A stretch of DNA of 64,000 nt from Takakia lepidozioides (lineage: Eukaryota; Plantae; Bryophyta), in contig CM060731.1 of assembly GCA_030704615.1 (NCBI GenBank), positions 67,084,001-67,148,000 on the forward strand, given 5' to 3'. Shown here piece by piece: positions 35,541-48,512 of the stretch. The notes beneath the pieces were generated by a model. The model worked only from the letters and a program-made list of their open reading frames with translations, was not told the origin of the DNA and did no database searches. Each line of letters opens with the position of its first letter. The first letter of the stretch is position 1. Position numbers and translations under genes: made by a program.

Positions 35541-36514
35541 ATTTTATTTTATTTTATTTTATAATAAAAAAAGAAAAAGAAAAGCAGAGGCTTCTAGAAT
35601 AGCCTGGGGGACTCGAGGCTTCTTTTTCCAGTGACATATTATGATACGTTGCTGGAAATTCTACCGACCTATTCCGAATTCACCCCTACCACTTGCAATA
35701 TTTTTACTGGGGTGTAAGAGGGCTGTGCGCCTACCACGTGACGGCACCGCTGGCAGTTATGGCAGCGACAAATGTCACGATAAATGAGGCACATGATGAC
35801 TGGCAGCGTGGTGTGCGCTCGCGAATATTAGTATATTCGTATTTGGGCACGCGGATGAACGTACCCCAGCTACCTCTCATCCGCTACGCTTTTCGATCCA
35901 TTTCGATCCATTTCTCAGATTCATCCATCCGGATTTGCGCTTAGTAACAAGGAGTGTTCATCCATCGACGAACCCATTCATGCCTGTAAGCGGATGGATG
36001 CGATCATCCGTTCACTGAAAAGCGTAAAACGCAAACTAGTTACTAGAGTAACACGCGGCGTACCCGAGAGTGGCTGAGAAGCAATAAGTAGCCCGTGATT
36101 TGACGCCACGTGGTGAGGTTGGGTGGGGGGAGGTGAGGTGGGTCCGTGGCTGTGTGTGGAGCTTGGGAGAAGGCAGAGCTATGGTGAGAGACGTCCCCAG
36201 CGAGGGGACGACGCAGAGGACCTGAGGGGCTTTCAGAGTTTGCGGTGGTCTGCAGAGATTGTTGCGTGAATGGAAGCTTTGAGATTGAAGCAGCACAGAC
36301 GGGTTACGTACAGGCTCTGATTTGGCGGAATTTTGCTCATGGGATTCACGCCAAGGGAGGAGGCAGTGGGAGTATACTGTTGTGTCGTAGGATTGATTGT
36401 GATTCTCACTTTCGAGGTTGATACTGCTGGGAGATTTTCTACAACTTTTTTATTTGTTTTTCTTCCGGAGATTGTATAGAGGAAAGGGAGAGAACGAGAG
36501 GGTGGTCGGGAGAA

Positions 36515-39500
36515 ATGGAAGGTGTGAAGGAGGTGGAGGGGTTGCTGGGGGTTTCGGGGCCAGTGCTGCGGTTTTTACTGTGTTTCTTCGCATCAATCCC
36601 TGTGAGCTGGTTATGGCGGTTTATGCCCGGTCCATTTGAGAGGCATGTGTATGCAGCTGCTTCTGGCGCGTTGCTATCCTATCTGTCGTTTGGTCCTGCA
36701 GCTAACGTGAACTTTTTAATTGCTATACTGATGAGCTATGGTAGCATGCTTCTGTATCGTAGACGCTGCGGTATCATCACCTTCGTGGGCTCCTTCGGCT
36801 TCCTTATCATTTGGTAAGAGAGATTGAAGCATCCCGTCGCTGCTATGTGTGAGTTTTTTTTTCTTACAATCTGGGATCCAGGGTTTGTATGGACATTGCT
36901 TGAAAGGCAGAGCAGTTATTTATCCACTTTCAAAATTCATGTTTGTGCGGTTTATCGCGAGCTACCATCAGGTGAGTATCACAGGTGGGTTTTTTCTTCG
37001 GACGGTGGGGGCTCTCATGGATATTTCTGGCAAGTCATTCCGGTCTTGACAATCGGTTCGTGGCTATGGGGTTTGCCGAGTATGCTCCATTTTGCTTTTC
37101 GGTTCACTCACTAGGTCTGGCTTGTAGGAGGCTTCATGGAGGGTGTTGACACCATGCAGAGTTGAATTCCCTCATGCCTAGGATGTAGCTGTTGAAGCCG
37201 AAATGAACCAGATTGAGTCCTTGCATTCATGCAGGAGTAAAGCTTCACAGAGGAAACTGTGGGGCACTACTGAGCTTGGATGGTGTGGGATGCAGCCACG
37301 TGACTCTCGTGAGTGGCGATGCTTGGAAGAACGGAGGCATAGACTCAACTGGTAAACGTCGCGTCGTCCTCTGACCTTCCTATTTTCCATTCAACCTCGT
37401 CGTGGCCATGATCTACGGTTTCGGTATCCCTGACGGAAGTTACACAGGGTTTTGCGGGGTAAGAGACTTGGGGTAGGTGCCTGTGGCATTTTTGTATGAG
37501 ATACCCACCTGGCTTGCTTGGGGACTGACCGTCATTCAAGGTGGCCTGGTGTAACTCCCACATGCTCTTGCTAAGAGAGGCTTAAAAAGATGGAATTTTA
37601 CTGAAATGCTACGACTTCATGGGGATAAGGTTGTTAACTGTTCCCGGGGATCTCTCATCTTCTGAATTTTGAAATCTGTTACGAATGTCCATATGGAATG
37701 GGTGTATGGGGGCCCGGGCTGTGAGGGGTTGTCCCATAGCCCCACACTTGCTGCAAAGGAGCTGGTCTGAGAACTATACTTTAAACCGCAAAGGTCCGCC
37801 AGGTGGGTTCAATTTGAACTCGCTTTCATCAAAGGTGGAGGCACGAGTCCATCTCTATCAATTATCCAGGTGGACTTCTATGAATGCTAGCAGGCCTGGA
37901 ACACCACAGACCTGGGAGCTCTATATCAGTCACTGGATTCAAGATATAGAGGGGATATTCTTTTCTGTCATTCCCGAGGCTCCAAGTTTCAAATACTGCA
38001 GGCCAATGCCTCTCTGGCCCAAGGATTAATCAACCAGCCCAGGTTTTAATCTTGATTAGTTTGTTTTGCTTGTACCAATATTGTCATGATACTTTCATCT
38101 CCAGTAACACGGGTTCTGAATTTGGCAGGTGCTTTGATGGTGTTGACACTGAAAGTGACTTCAGCAGCTATAAATTACGAGGATGGATTGATTGAGGATG
38201 AGGATTGTCTACGAGAAGCACAAAAGAAAAACCGGATCAAAGAACTTCCATCCCTCATTGCCTACTTAGGCTACTGCCTCAATTGTGGGACCAACTTGGC
38301 GGGGCCTGTCTATGAAATGAAGGACTACTTTGACTGGACTGAAAACAAGGGGGTATTTTGCATCTCCTCTCCTCATTCTTTTCTTTCTCTTCCTGTTTCT
38401 TGCCACTGAAAATTTGGACCTGGTACTGCCAGATTCTGTTTTTTGCTTGTTACTAGCTTTTTAAAAGCTGGCAGTGGGGTTTCCACTGACCAGGTTATGA
38501 ACTCTTACAGCAATTGCTCCATTGTTTGTGCACAACCTACAACAACTGTCAGTGAGTGTTGACTGGAGGACTGGCATTGGAACTATTCGAGAGAGATATA
38601 TACACTCGTTCTAGCATAGCCAACAAAGCAAGTCACCTTTGGGAGACTAAACAAAACTTTGTCGCCAATAAATAGGGGTAAGTTTTCATAGTAGTTCAGA
38701 TTTTCAAATCATCGATCCCAATTGAACAAACAAATGGGGAAGGTGAGGAGGGGCTTTTGATAAATCTTGTGGGATACTCTTGTGATGACTTGTACATGAT
38801 GACTTACAGTGTCCAAGAGCTGGTGATGACAGTGCAAATCCAAAATTTGGTGGGTGCAGCTGTGGAGTCCTACATCGGACAAGCCACCTCCCTCTCCATA
38901 CAAGACGGCTCTGTATGCGACTTTGAAGGCCCTGGTGTGCATGGGTATTTACGTGTTCCTTTCCCCTCATGTTCCCCTCTCTCGATATTCGGAGCCCCAG
39001 TATAAAGAGTGGGGATTTTGGCACCGTGCCTTCTTCCAATATCTCTGTGGATTCACTGCAAGGTGGAAATATTATTTTGTCTGGTCTGTATCAGAAGCAG
39101 CAATGATCATCTCAGGGTTTGGCTTTAGTGGCTGGGCCAAAGCATCTCCGTCTCAGGAACCAAAAGCAAAGTGGACTCGGGCCAAAAATGTTGACATCTT
39201 GAAAGTGGAGTTTGCTGGAAGTGCTGGGGAGTATCCACTCTATTGGAACATCCATGTTAGCACATGGCTCCGACACTGTATCCTTTTTACATTCTGTCTC
39301 TTTTTCTGAGTCGCTGGAGTTTGCTTGTCAACTTGACGATGTTGAAGTGCACCTGAGATCTAGTTGCTAGTGCCTAGTGGGTCTCTCTTCCCCTTATATA
39401 TATATATATATGCATCTCTGCATGAGGAAACTGTTTTCTCTTGAGTGAGATAAGCGCACAGCTAGCGAATGGATTTTTATTTCTGGAGCATGGGTATTCT

Positions 39501-40923
39501 TGACAATCTGTTAAGATGTGTATGAGAGATTGATCGTACCAGGGAAGAAACCAGGATTTTCGCAGTTGCTTGCTACTCAAGTCACAAGTGCTGTGTGGCA
39601 TGTGGGTCTCCTCCCTTGAAGTTGATTTGTCTTGATGGTCAGTGTTTTGAGGTTAGGCATGGGTTCCTGTTGATCAGTACTACAGAAAGCAAAGTGAGAG
39701 AGGGGAGAGAGGGGTTTGGCAACTGGGAATACAGCATATACACACAGACTCACAGGATTCCAGATGTAAAGTCTAGTCAAAGTTAGTGGCAAGTAGTTCG
39801 CAGACATATCTGTCTAATGTATGGATGTGAGGCTTGCCTATGGTTATGGAGTTCACATCAGGTTATCTAGGAATGTGGGCTTCCCATGAAAGATGTCCTG
39901 GTGACATGTTTCAAGGCTGATAGCTGGAAGGTGTGTGGGAGCAGGGCTTGTACTCTGGATATATTCTCTTCTTCGTCAATAGTGCCCTCATGATTGCTGG
40001 TTCACGAGGTATACCTTCACCATCTACTACAGGCTGTTAGGAAAACTTAGTAAAGCATGAACTTATGGTTCTCACTGGCATTTTGTAAGATGGGAGTTGG
40101 GCTGTGTCTCAGTTACTGGTAAGATCTGAGTTGTAAGCAGACGTTGTAAACTTCGTAATTACTGCTATAACAATCTCAGACAGTATTAATTGGTTTTTCC
40201 ATGCTAGGCTTGTTTTCGGGTGTACACAGCATATTTAGGACACCTGCAAAGGTTTCTCAGAGCAAGCATTGGAGGGGGCTCTTTTACTGAGAAAACCTCT
40301 CTTTACTACTGGAAGCTGTTGTGCAACCTTCAGGATGTGGTTATCCCATGTTTCCTTTTCAGCCTGTACTTAAAAGCTGGGAACTGAACTGGACAGCCTG
40401 GGCATTGTGGATTTAATGTTGGAATTCCGGTGGGGAGCAGTTATTTACAGGTGGCAAAAGACTATACCAAAGAAGGCTGTTGTGGTCCAACGAGTTGGCA
40501 CCTTGATTAACGGTCTTTATAGCGCTTATTGTATCAATATAGCCTCCCCAGGTTTTCTGGTCCGTCTCTTCCCATCGCTTGTGCTCAGTTGCATTGTAGA
40601 GTTGTTTGCTGTTTGGTTCTGTGATGGGGGATTGATCGTGAATCTGACATGTGATGGTCAATCATTGCATGCATCTGCACTGAAGTTTTGATGAGGTGTG
40701 AATCAGATGTGATGGGTTGCAAGAAATTTTCTTGCCAAGTACCAATGGTGTTGCTCGCTGTTGACAGGTTTTGAATTTTTGGGAAACAATGGAGGTATAC
40801 AGAAGTGTATATTATTCAGCCACATTGTTACCGTTGTCGGTCATGCTGTTGGGGTCAATCTTTAAGCCCCCAAGGGTGGCAGGCAAATCAAAGCAGCGAT
40901 CACAGCAGCAAAAGGAAGATTAA
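36515..40923 (+). CDS. LPCAT: Lysophospholipid acyltransferase (LPCAT/LPLAT, MBOAT family); exons 36515-36813, 37296-37351, 38129-38352, 38860-39277, 39516-39601, 39945-40008, 40441-40559, 40768-40923
   Basis: GT-AG introns keep the frame; VLRFLLCF, SGDAWKNGGIDSTGALMVLTLKV, GFTARWKYYFVWSVSEA, WNIHVSTWLRHYVYERL, catalytic SAVWHGLY, C-terminal QKED. Confidence 0.95.
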
Positions 40924-43900
40924 TCTCATTCTTCGGACTGCCATATTGGCAGGCCGGTTTTGCGGCGGTTGGTTGGTTCTCTGAGCTGGTCTGTGAACTC
41001 TGCACACCAGGTTGGGTTGTCAATTTCACATTGGAGGTGAGAAGGGTAATGTACACATAATATGATTCTTGTTGCAGGTGTTGTCTTTGCAATGTACAAA
41101 GTGTTCTTAGTTGGGTTGCTTTGAAATAAAAGAAGGCTTCTGAGTGTGGGTTTGTATGCCTTGTCACACTGCATGTTTCTACTTCAATGAAGCAGTAAGT
41201 GTGAATTCTTGGTAGGTTCAACACATTGGAATACTAATGATTAGAGCAATGACAGTCTTGCAAAGCTTTGGGGTTTCAGCTCCAGAGGTTAGCTCAGTTA
41301 GTGGTGCATTTATAGACATTGTAGTTTAGCTCGGTTTCTAGTCACTGGGTCAACAATTTTGTATCTAAGGCTTCCCTCAATCTAATCAGATGATAGGCTA
41401 GACGCCCACCCATTGGCTTGGATAGTTAGTGCACTGATGGAAAAGGCTCCAAATTAGGTCGCCAGCTGACAAACTGGTGTTCAAGTCAAAAGTCAGTTAT
41501 TTGTGACTAAGAATTTTGATTGCTGATCAGCTAATGGTAGCTGGTAGTGCGTGGAACCAACTTGAAGCCACAGGAGGGTTTTGCTGATGGTTTTGTTTGT
41601 TTGTTTGTTTGTTTGTTTGTTTTGTTATTAAAGAAAAAGGGTTTGGAGGCCTTTTACATGCTTGTAAAGCTCGACGGGGTGTTTTTGCGGCCAAAAATTC
41701 CCTAAGTCCCATGAAGTGACCTGGGACATGGAGAAAGTAATTATGTGGAAGAGCCATAAGGTGACCATCCTTTGATAGGGACAACCTAGCCTGCCACCAT
41801 GGGCAAGCTAACAATAATAGTTTTTTTGGTTTTTTTGCTCTTGAAAGGAAAACACCAGGGATCCTACAAATCAGGCCTGCCCCTAAATTATTGTGAAGAG
41901 GAGAAAGTCACCTCTTTCGAAGCAACCTTGTCATTAACTTGCCAAATTTCACACTTTGTTTTTATTACTCACATAAGGGAAGTTGGTTGCAACCGCCGGA
42001 GTTGGATTGATGTTTTTATGACTTTGAGAAGTTAGTTGCAACCACTGGATTGATGTGCTCGGTGTGCCACAATGTGACTTAGGGTTAAAATCCTGCTACC
42101 TTGTCGGTTGTGGTAAACTCTTCTCCCCCTTCCCGCAGGCAGTGTCCCATAAGCCTTTTGCCCAATGAGGTTACTTTGACAGTGTGGGTGTTTCCCTTTT
42201 GCTTCTGTGCTATTCTCCTGATGTACCTTCCCAGTTAATACCCACCTGAATTCATATATGCAGAATTTTATCCATCTATTGCCAATCCTTCATTTACATT
42301 AAGTTCATATTTATCCATTCAGATCCTTCACATGGGCCCAGTTCCTTCACTTCCATCACATTTAGTTCCCTTCAGTTTTATCCCTTCAGTTTGTCACTTG
42401 CATTATTGCCAACATTAACAATAGAATGATATAATTCGACTTGTAAGGGTGGAGCATACTTATGCCGCTGTTCAGTAAGGCTTCCTCTATTTCTAGAAGT
42501 TCTGTGGGAAAAGTAAAAAGAAGAAAATGACAATGAACCTTTGCTGCACTTGCCTGTGGGTCTGGGGTTCAATCTTGTGCTTTTGTCTGCCTTCAGCCTG
42601 GAGCTTGTCCCCTATATATCTCATGGCTCAGAAAGGGGGTCTCAAGGGTTTGTTGCTCTAGTTTCCCTCCAAATAAAACATAAAAATTACAAGCTTTCTC
42701 TTCCCTCAAGCTTGGCCATCGGAGCACCTGTGATCCTCAAACTTCAGTGGAAATACTTACAAACGGTAAATGTTAACCTGTTTAACGTCCTAGAGGAAGT
42801 GGAAGAGGGGTATCTGTGGGTTACGTTTCGCATCTCGGCATGGTATGAAGAAATTGGGATGTCTTCAATCTCATCACTCGGATGACTGAAGAACATGTGA
42901 GGGAGATGTCACAAGGGAGCCATCAATTCAATGCTGGAATGGTTGATTAAGTGCTAATAAATTATGGGGCTTTTATATTTCACTTAACAGTCCTCCAAAG
43001 GGGGCAATATCCGTAAGGTGAAGTGGCTCTTAGTTAGGCCGACTGCGGCCAGAGCCTTTTCTCTCAAGTTGCCTTTAGTTAAACGGCTTGCAGAGAACCA
43101 AACTGCACTAACGGATGTGTGTGAACTGTGAACCTGACTTTACTAGGGCTAATTTTCAACTCAAATCCTGGTGCTATCCTTGCTCATCCTTCCTACAAGA
43201 TAACATTTTCCCTTTATTCTTGCAGTAAGCTATTGTGTTGGAATGAATTCATGTGCATTTCAGTATTGCATTCATAGATTGTTAGTTCTGAAATGCCACA
43301 TTGGTTCGTGGAAGCGATTTTCTGTGTGGGTTTGTAATCAAGTTATCGGTAGATAAATTGCTGGAAGTGTTCTCTCAAGACACGGGATGGATAGTTTTGG
43401 TGCTTCAAAAGAGTATGGAGCTGCATTGAGCACCGAAGCAGAGAAACATAAGGACAGAGAGGAGCAGGCTTACGGTATTCTTTGAAATCATTTCACTGCG
43501 TACCCATCAGTACGTAAAGGCTGAACTGGCGTTGATCATTAATCACCACGTCAACTTGTGAAGCGTGAGATGCATGGCTCTGTGGTACCGCCCAAGTCTA
43601 TCTCTGAGCCACCTTTTCGCTCCAGATCATTGTACAATATCTTCAAGCCGTTGGAACTCTTTGTATTTGTCCATTCATTCATTCTCATCGTCGGCAGTGC
43701 TAGTCTGCAGCATACCGTCGGTTGCATCCCTCATCCACAAGAAGTATCTACTGAGTTGCGTGGATTGCTGATGTTGTAGATATTCATGAATTCACTTTAA
43801 GACCAAGGTGGATACACTTCGCAAGAGCTGCTCTTGCCTAATCACTACCGCCGTGCTTTATATATACAGGACCCTGCGTTTGAGCATCAAGGTTCGCCAA

Positions 43901-45489
43901 CCTGGATCTCTGTCATAACTTCAATAAGGAAAGTTGGTTGTCGCGACTCGCTCCCATCAGTTCCAATTCAAACAGACTCGTTAATGTCCTGCCCAGAGCC
44001 TGCGCTGGTTTCTTGTTGTCTGTCTGTGTTGTTTGTTGTGTATTGTCTGTTTGACGATCAAATTTCCCTTCTCAAAGCAATGCTTTCTATTTCTCTCAGG
44101 TGTGATGCATGATGAGTAGCGTGTTCATGTTCAATGACTGATATATTGTAAAATAGTTTCCCGACTGCGTAATAAGAGAATGTCAAGGTACTTGATTATC
44201 CACACAACGTGTTACAATTGTGTCCCCACACCTTTGCATTTTTAAGGCTTTCTCAAGTATGCAAAGGGGATGCAAAGCGTGCTTCAAACTTCAAAGTGCT
44301 GCAAAGAGCAGTGTCACGTGTTCGAAAAGTTTCCCTTCAGCCTGGCACCAGTTTTTTTTAATAGTTTTGCTGATTCCAAGCAACGTAGAGGCCTATTGGG
44401 ATTCCAACTTCAAGTGCAGCTCTCACACACCACCCACGGACGCCGTTACACATCAAAAGACGAGTCTCCTCCTGTGCGAGCCGGCCATCATTATACACAC
44501 CTATCTCTCCAAAGTGAAGCCTTCATGCGGAGATTGAACAATGAAAAGCAAGCAGAGGCAGAGCCAGTGAAATGACCAGGTTAAAGAATATTGGCAGTGC
44601 AAAAAGCCATGATTTGGGGTGAGCATAAATTAAAAGGCAAAAGCGAACCCACACAAGACAGTCCCCAGAGCACCATACAATCCCTTACTTAAAGGATCCC
44701 CCTTCTCCCTTGTATTATTACTCTACTCACCAAGGTCCCCTGCTAGATTTTGTGGGACCCCTCTCCTCTGCCGCCTTCATCATGCCAATCACCCCCCTGC
44801 ACCGCTTTTCCTCTCTGCACCCATCCCCACCCTCCATCAGTCATAACGGACACCTTGACAGAAGGCCCCCCCAAACCACATTCATTGTCCTCTCGCGGTG
44901 CGTTCACACCACACCCCCAATCCCCGCACGAATCTTCTGTGAATCTCATTTTTCCATTTAAAAAAACAAAAAGAAAAGAAAAAGAAACAACCCTACTAAA
45001 GGCACCCCCTAGGCGCCCCTTGACTTTGCAGGGGGCCACCGCTTTTTAATAAGCAAGTGGGTACCTGCCTGTAACCTTTACGAATTAATAATAGAAAATA
45101 TTAAATAAGTCAGTGGAGTGGATACCTACTCTAACAGGAAATTAAAATAGGTTAATATGACGTAAAGGGCTTCCTCCCCTTTTTATTTAAAAAAAAAACG
45201 ATGTATTATTATTATTATTTTATATATATAAGAAAGTGGTCACCTACTTCAACAAAAATTGAAAATAAGGGCCCAGTGGCCGTGGGGCTGGTATTTCCTT
45301 GGAAAGGGCTGAAATAAAAAATTAAATTAGTATTAATAGAAATGAATATAAGCAAGTTGGTACCTACTATAGTATGGAAATAGAATAGGGTGTAACTAAT
45401 GGAAAATTAAAATAGGCAAGTGGGTACTATGCGATAATCAAGTGCGGGCACTAACTACGGCCTAATTAAGAGGCGCCACTTCATTCACT

Positions 45490-45960
45490 AATCATGCAGA
45501 TTCTACTAAGGGGATGAATGTAGGAGCCGGTCTGGATCCCGGCGGATGAAGGATGGGCGTACGGGAGAGGGACAGGGGGCGGGCAGGCGGGCGGGCGGGG
45601 CCACCGCGCGGGCTGGATAGGAACGCTGCGTCAGCGCCACGCCGGCAGGCAGGCCGCGCGGGTGCCACGCGGCGCGAAATCTCCCGCGAGCTGGGAGTCG
45701 CGCGGCGCCGCGAAGCCTGACGCGCCGTCGCTTTTGTCGCGCTGTCCCCACCACGCTGCCCGCGCGGGACCCGGGCGGCTGCCCGGGCGGCGGGGCACGT
45801 GGAGGCGGGTCGGGCATAAGTACGCCCGGGGCCGTGGGAGGCGCGCACGTCACATCCCAGTCGCGGCCCGTCGCGTGCTCCGTCGTCTGGCTGGTGATGA
45901 TAAGCGAGCGCGCATTAGGGCAACGCGGTGGCGACCCTCCAGCGGCCGCCTGGCCTGTCT
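45490..45960. promoter_or_regulatory. GC/CpG-rich island of unknown target
   Basis: Abrupt, very high GC and CG density between AT-rich flanks; the ORFs are low-complexity. Confidence 0.4.
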
Positions 45961-47521
45961 CTAGTACCCATGTGTGAGTCGAGCATTGGAGCTTGGCTTG
46001 CTCACAATTACTGCTACCAGTATTGCTGCTTGTCCAGAATGTTCCCTCGCTGTGACTCTAGTGAGGGCAAATTTCTCTCCACAATGCCTGCTCTGGTTGC
46101 TGATGGTTCCTGTGCAGATGATAAGCACAAGTAGTTCGAAGGGTGGCCCACGTTTGTCTGTTTAAAGAAAGCATAGACCAATGTATACAGTGTGAGGGCT
46201 GGATTGATGAGACTGTTTAGTAGCCTCGGGATGTAGGAGATTGGTCGGTGCAGATACACTGTTGGTTGTATTTTTGGGGAAGAACAACTTGGTGCAGACA
46301 GTAGAAAGACCAAGAGGATGTGTGAAGTGGGATGTATGTTACTGCAACAGCCCTACTGTAGACAAAATGGAAGATGGAAACATGGTACCTAACTCCTAGA
46401 GACTCCCAAAGGGGCAGAAGCTGAACTCATATATCCCAGGCGATGTTTTGTTTTGTTTTGGTCCCCAAACACCGGAGGCAGCGGCTAGCCTACAGTAGTT
46501 CTGACATGCAATGACCACCGCTACTTACAAACACGTCCACTTTTGACAGTATGTACTACATATGTAGGCTTCCTGTGGACGAAGCTTCAATGCCGATGAT
46601 GGCCTGGCCGAGTGGAGGTAAGGAATATAAAAGGGTTTTTGTGCACCGCGGCCTAATCTTATCGGTGGCACCGGAGCACCAGCACGCCCCCCATAACCCA
46701 AGATGCAATGGACGTGGCCAGGTCGCAAGTCCAATCAGCCAGGCATGTCTGTTTGTTTTTGGCTGTTTTTAGGCTACCATCCCCCTCTGTCTCCTTTTGG
46801 AAACCTAGGGTTCCCAGGCAAATTTCTAATGTTTTTCCAGGCTAGTTCTGGGCAAAGAAAGCCCAGTTTCTGCTGGGTCAACACGGTAGGGCTAAGCTTA
46901 CACCTCTCCTCCAATCTACCGGTGAACAAACTGCTAACGGGGGAGGAATGGAATGAATGTGGACGACAAGTGTACTTTGCTGAGAGAAAGCAGGTCTGAT
47001 GGCCATGTGGCTCCATAAAGCAAGGCTGCATGAAGCTCTACTTGGGCACATCTGAGCAGCGGGAGAGACGAACTCCGTTTGTCGCCAAGTGTTCCGCCAA
47101 AGACTAAACTAATGTATCCCAGAATTGAGGTGCTATATAAAGGATGTGGGTGGGTTGTCTACCGGGCTATAACCAGCATAGACTCCATAGCTTAAAAAGG
47201 CTCTAGCCCCGTAATTATTATCTGTACTTAATAGAGTGCGAGCTTAACTGCTGCCTGACATCCCTAAAGCTACTCCCAAGTCCTTAACCCCAGTCCACTC
47301 TAAACACGAACACCATCAGACATCTGTACCCGTAAGTTGACCCTGTGTCAGTATACTTGTGCTGCACTCTTCAAAGCTTCAATCGTCCTTGCGACAGCCA
47401 GGAGCTCCTCCACCATGCAAATCCGCGGCTCAGAAAAACCAGAGGAAATGTGGTCGTCATGAATGCGCAATTCCGTAATGGATGTGGGTGCGCCGTATCC
47501 ATTACTATCCCCCTTCAAAAG

Positions 47522-47729
47522 CCGGGATGCATTATCCATCATCATAGTTGGAATCCTAAATGAAAAGCCTGCAAACCCCTTCCCCTTCGGATCCTTCATT
47601 CGTCACTTATGTTACGCATTCCGGGATGCATAATCCATCATCATAGTTGGGATCCTAAATGAAAAGCCTGCAAAGTTCAAACCCCTTCCCCTTCGAATCC
47701 CTCATTCGTCACATAAGTTACGCATTCCG
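47522..47729. repeat. Tandem duplication of ~100 bp
   Basis: CCGGGATGCAT..CCATCATCATAGTTGG..GAAAAGCCTGCAAA..TTCGTCAC..GTTACGCATT occurs twice. Confidence 0.9.
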
Positions 47730-48472
47730 CACTCTCTAGAATCATTCAACACCTCCCCCCGCGGCTGACCCGAGGTTACGCTTTGATCTGTAGACTGTAG
47801 CACAACTTACCAGCAACAGGCCAAAGTTGGAAAGTAGGCACAGCGAAGTTTAGGCAGAACCGAGGAGTTGCAGGTTGACCCCTGTGAGTGTGGAGGGGCA
47901 AGATACCCCTGGGCCCCACGGTATCCCCTCCAGCCTGCGATGACCTGCACTAGATTCCACAGCCTCGTCACGCTCCTCCTCCTCATTCCACCTTTCACTA
48001 AAACTGCTCGCACCGACCACAGAAGCAGCCACACAAAGCCACACAAGCAGCCATCACAAGAGGCCAGCAAGCCAACGGAGAAAGCAAGTGCGAGAGGTGC
48101 GAGACGACGACGAGGCAAAACAGCGATACAAGAACAAGTTTTACGGCGGGCCACTTTTCCGACCCGCGCGACCGTACCGCGGGACGCCGAGACGCCGAGA
48201 CCCGGTGCCGTGCACGGTCGGCATCCCATATTCCCGCGCTGCTGCCTTTATAGATAAGGCCGGGCTGCCCGGCGGGCAGGGCGGGCTGCCCGTCCAGGGC
48301 CGGGCCAAAAGCTGTGTTCTTTCCTGGCTCGCTCGTTACGCTTTGTTTCGTTGCGGAGTTTGCTCGTCAGGCCGCTCGTTGAGGACTGCTCTCTTCAGAC
48401 TGCGTCTTGCGCCTATCGATCCATCCGCCTTCTCTCACGCTCAGATCGGCCTTGCGTTGTACGTTTCTTGCT

Positions 48473-48512
48473 GGAGGAGGAGGAGGAGGAGGAGGAGGAG
48501 GAGGAAGAGGAG
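48473..48512. repeat. (GGA)n microsatellite, probably in the LBD 5' UTR
   Basis: ~13 GGA units downstream of a GC-rich promoter-like stretch with TTTATAGA at 48247. Confidence 0.85.

Noticed and set aside
45492-45964. Arg/Pro/Ala-rich ORFs in GC islands (also 47807-48820 and 31440-32233)
   Set aside because: Compositional artefacts of GC-rich or microsatellite DNA
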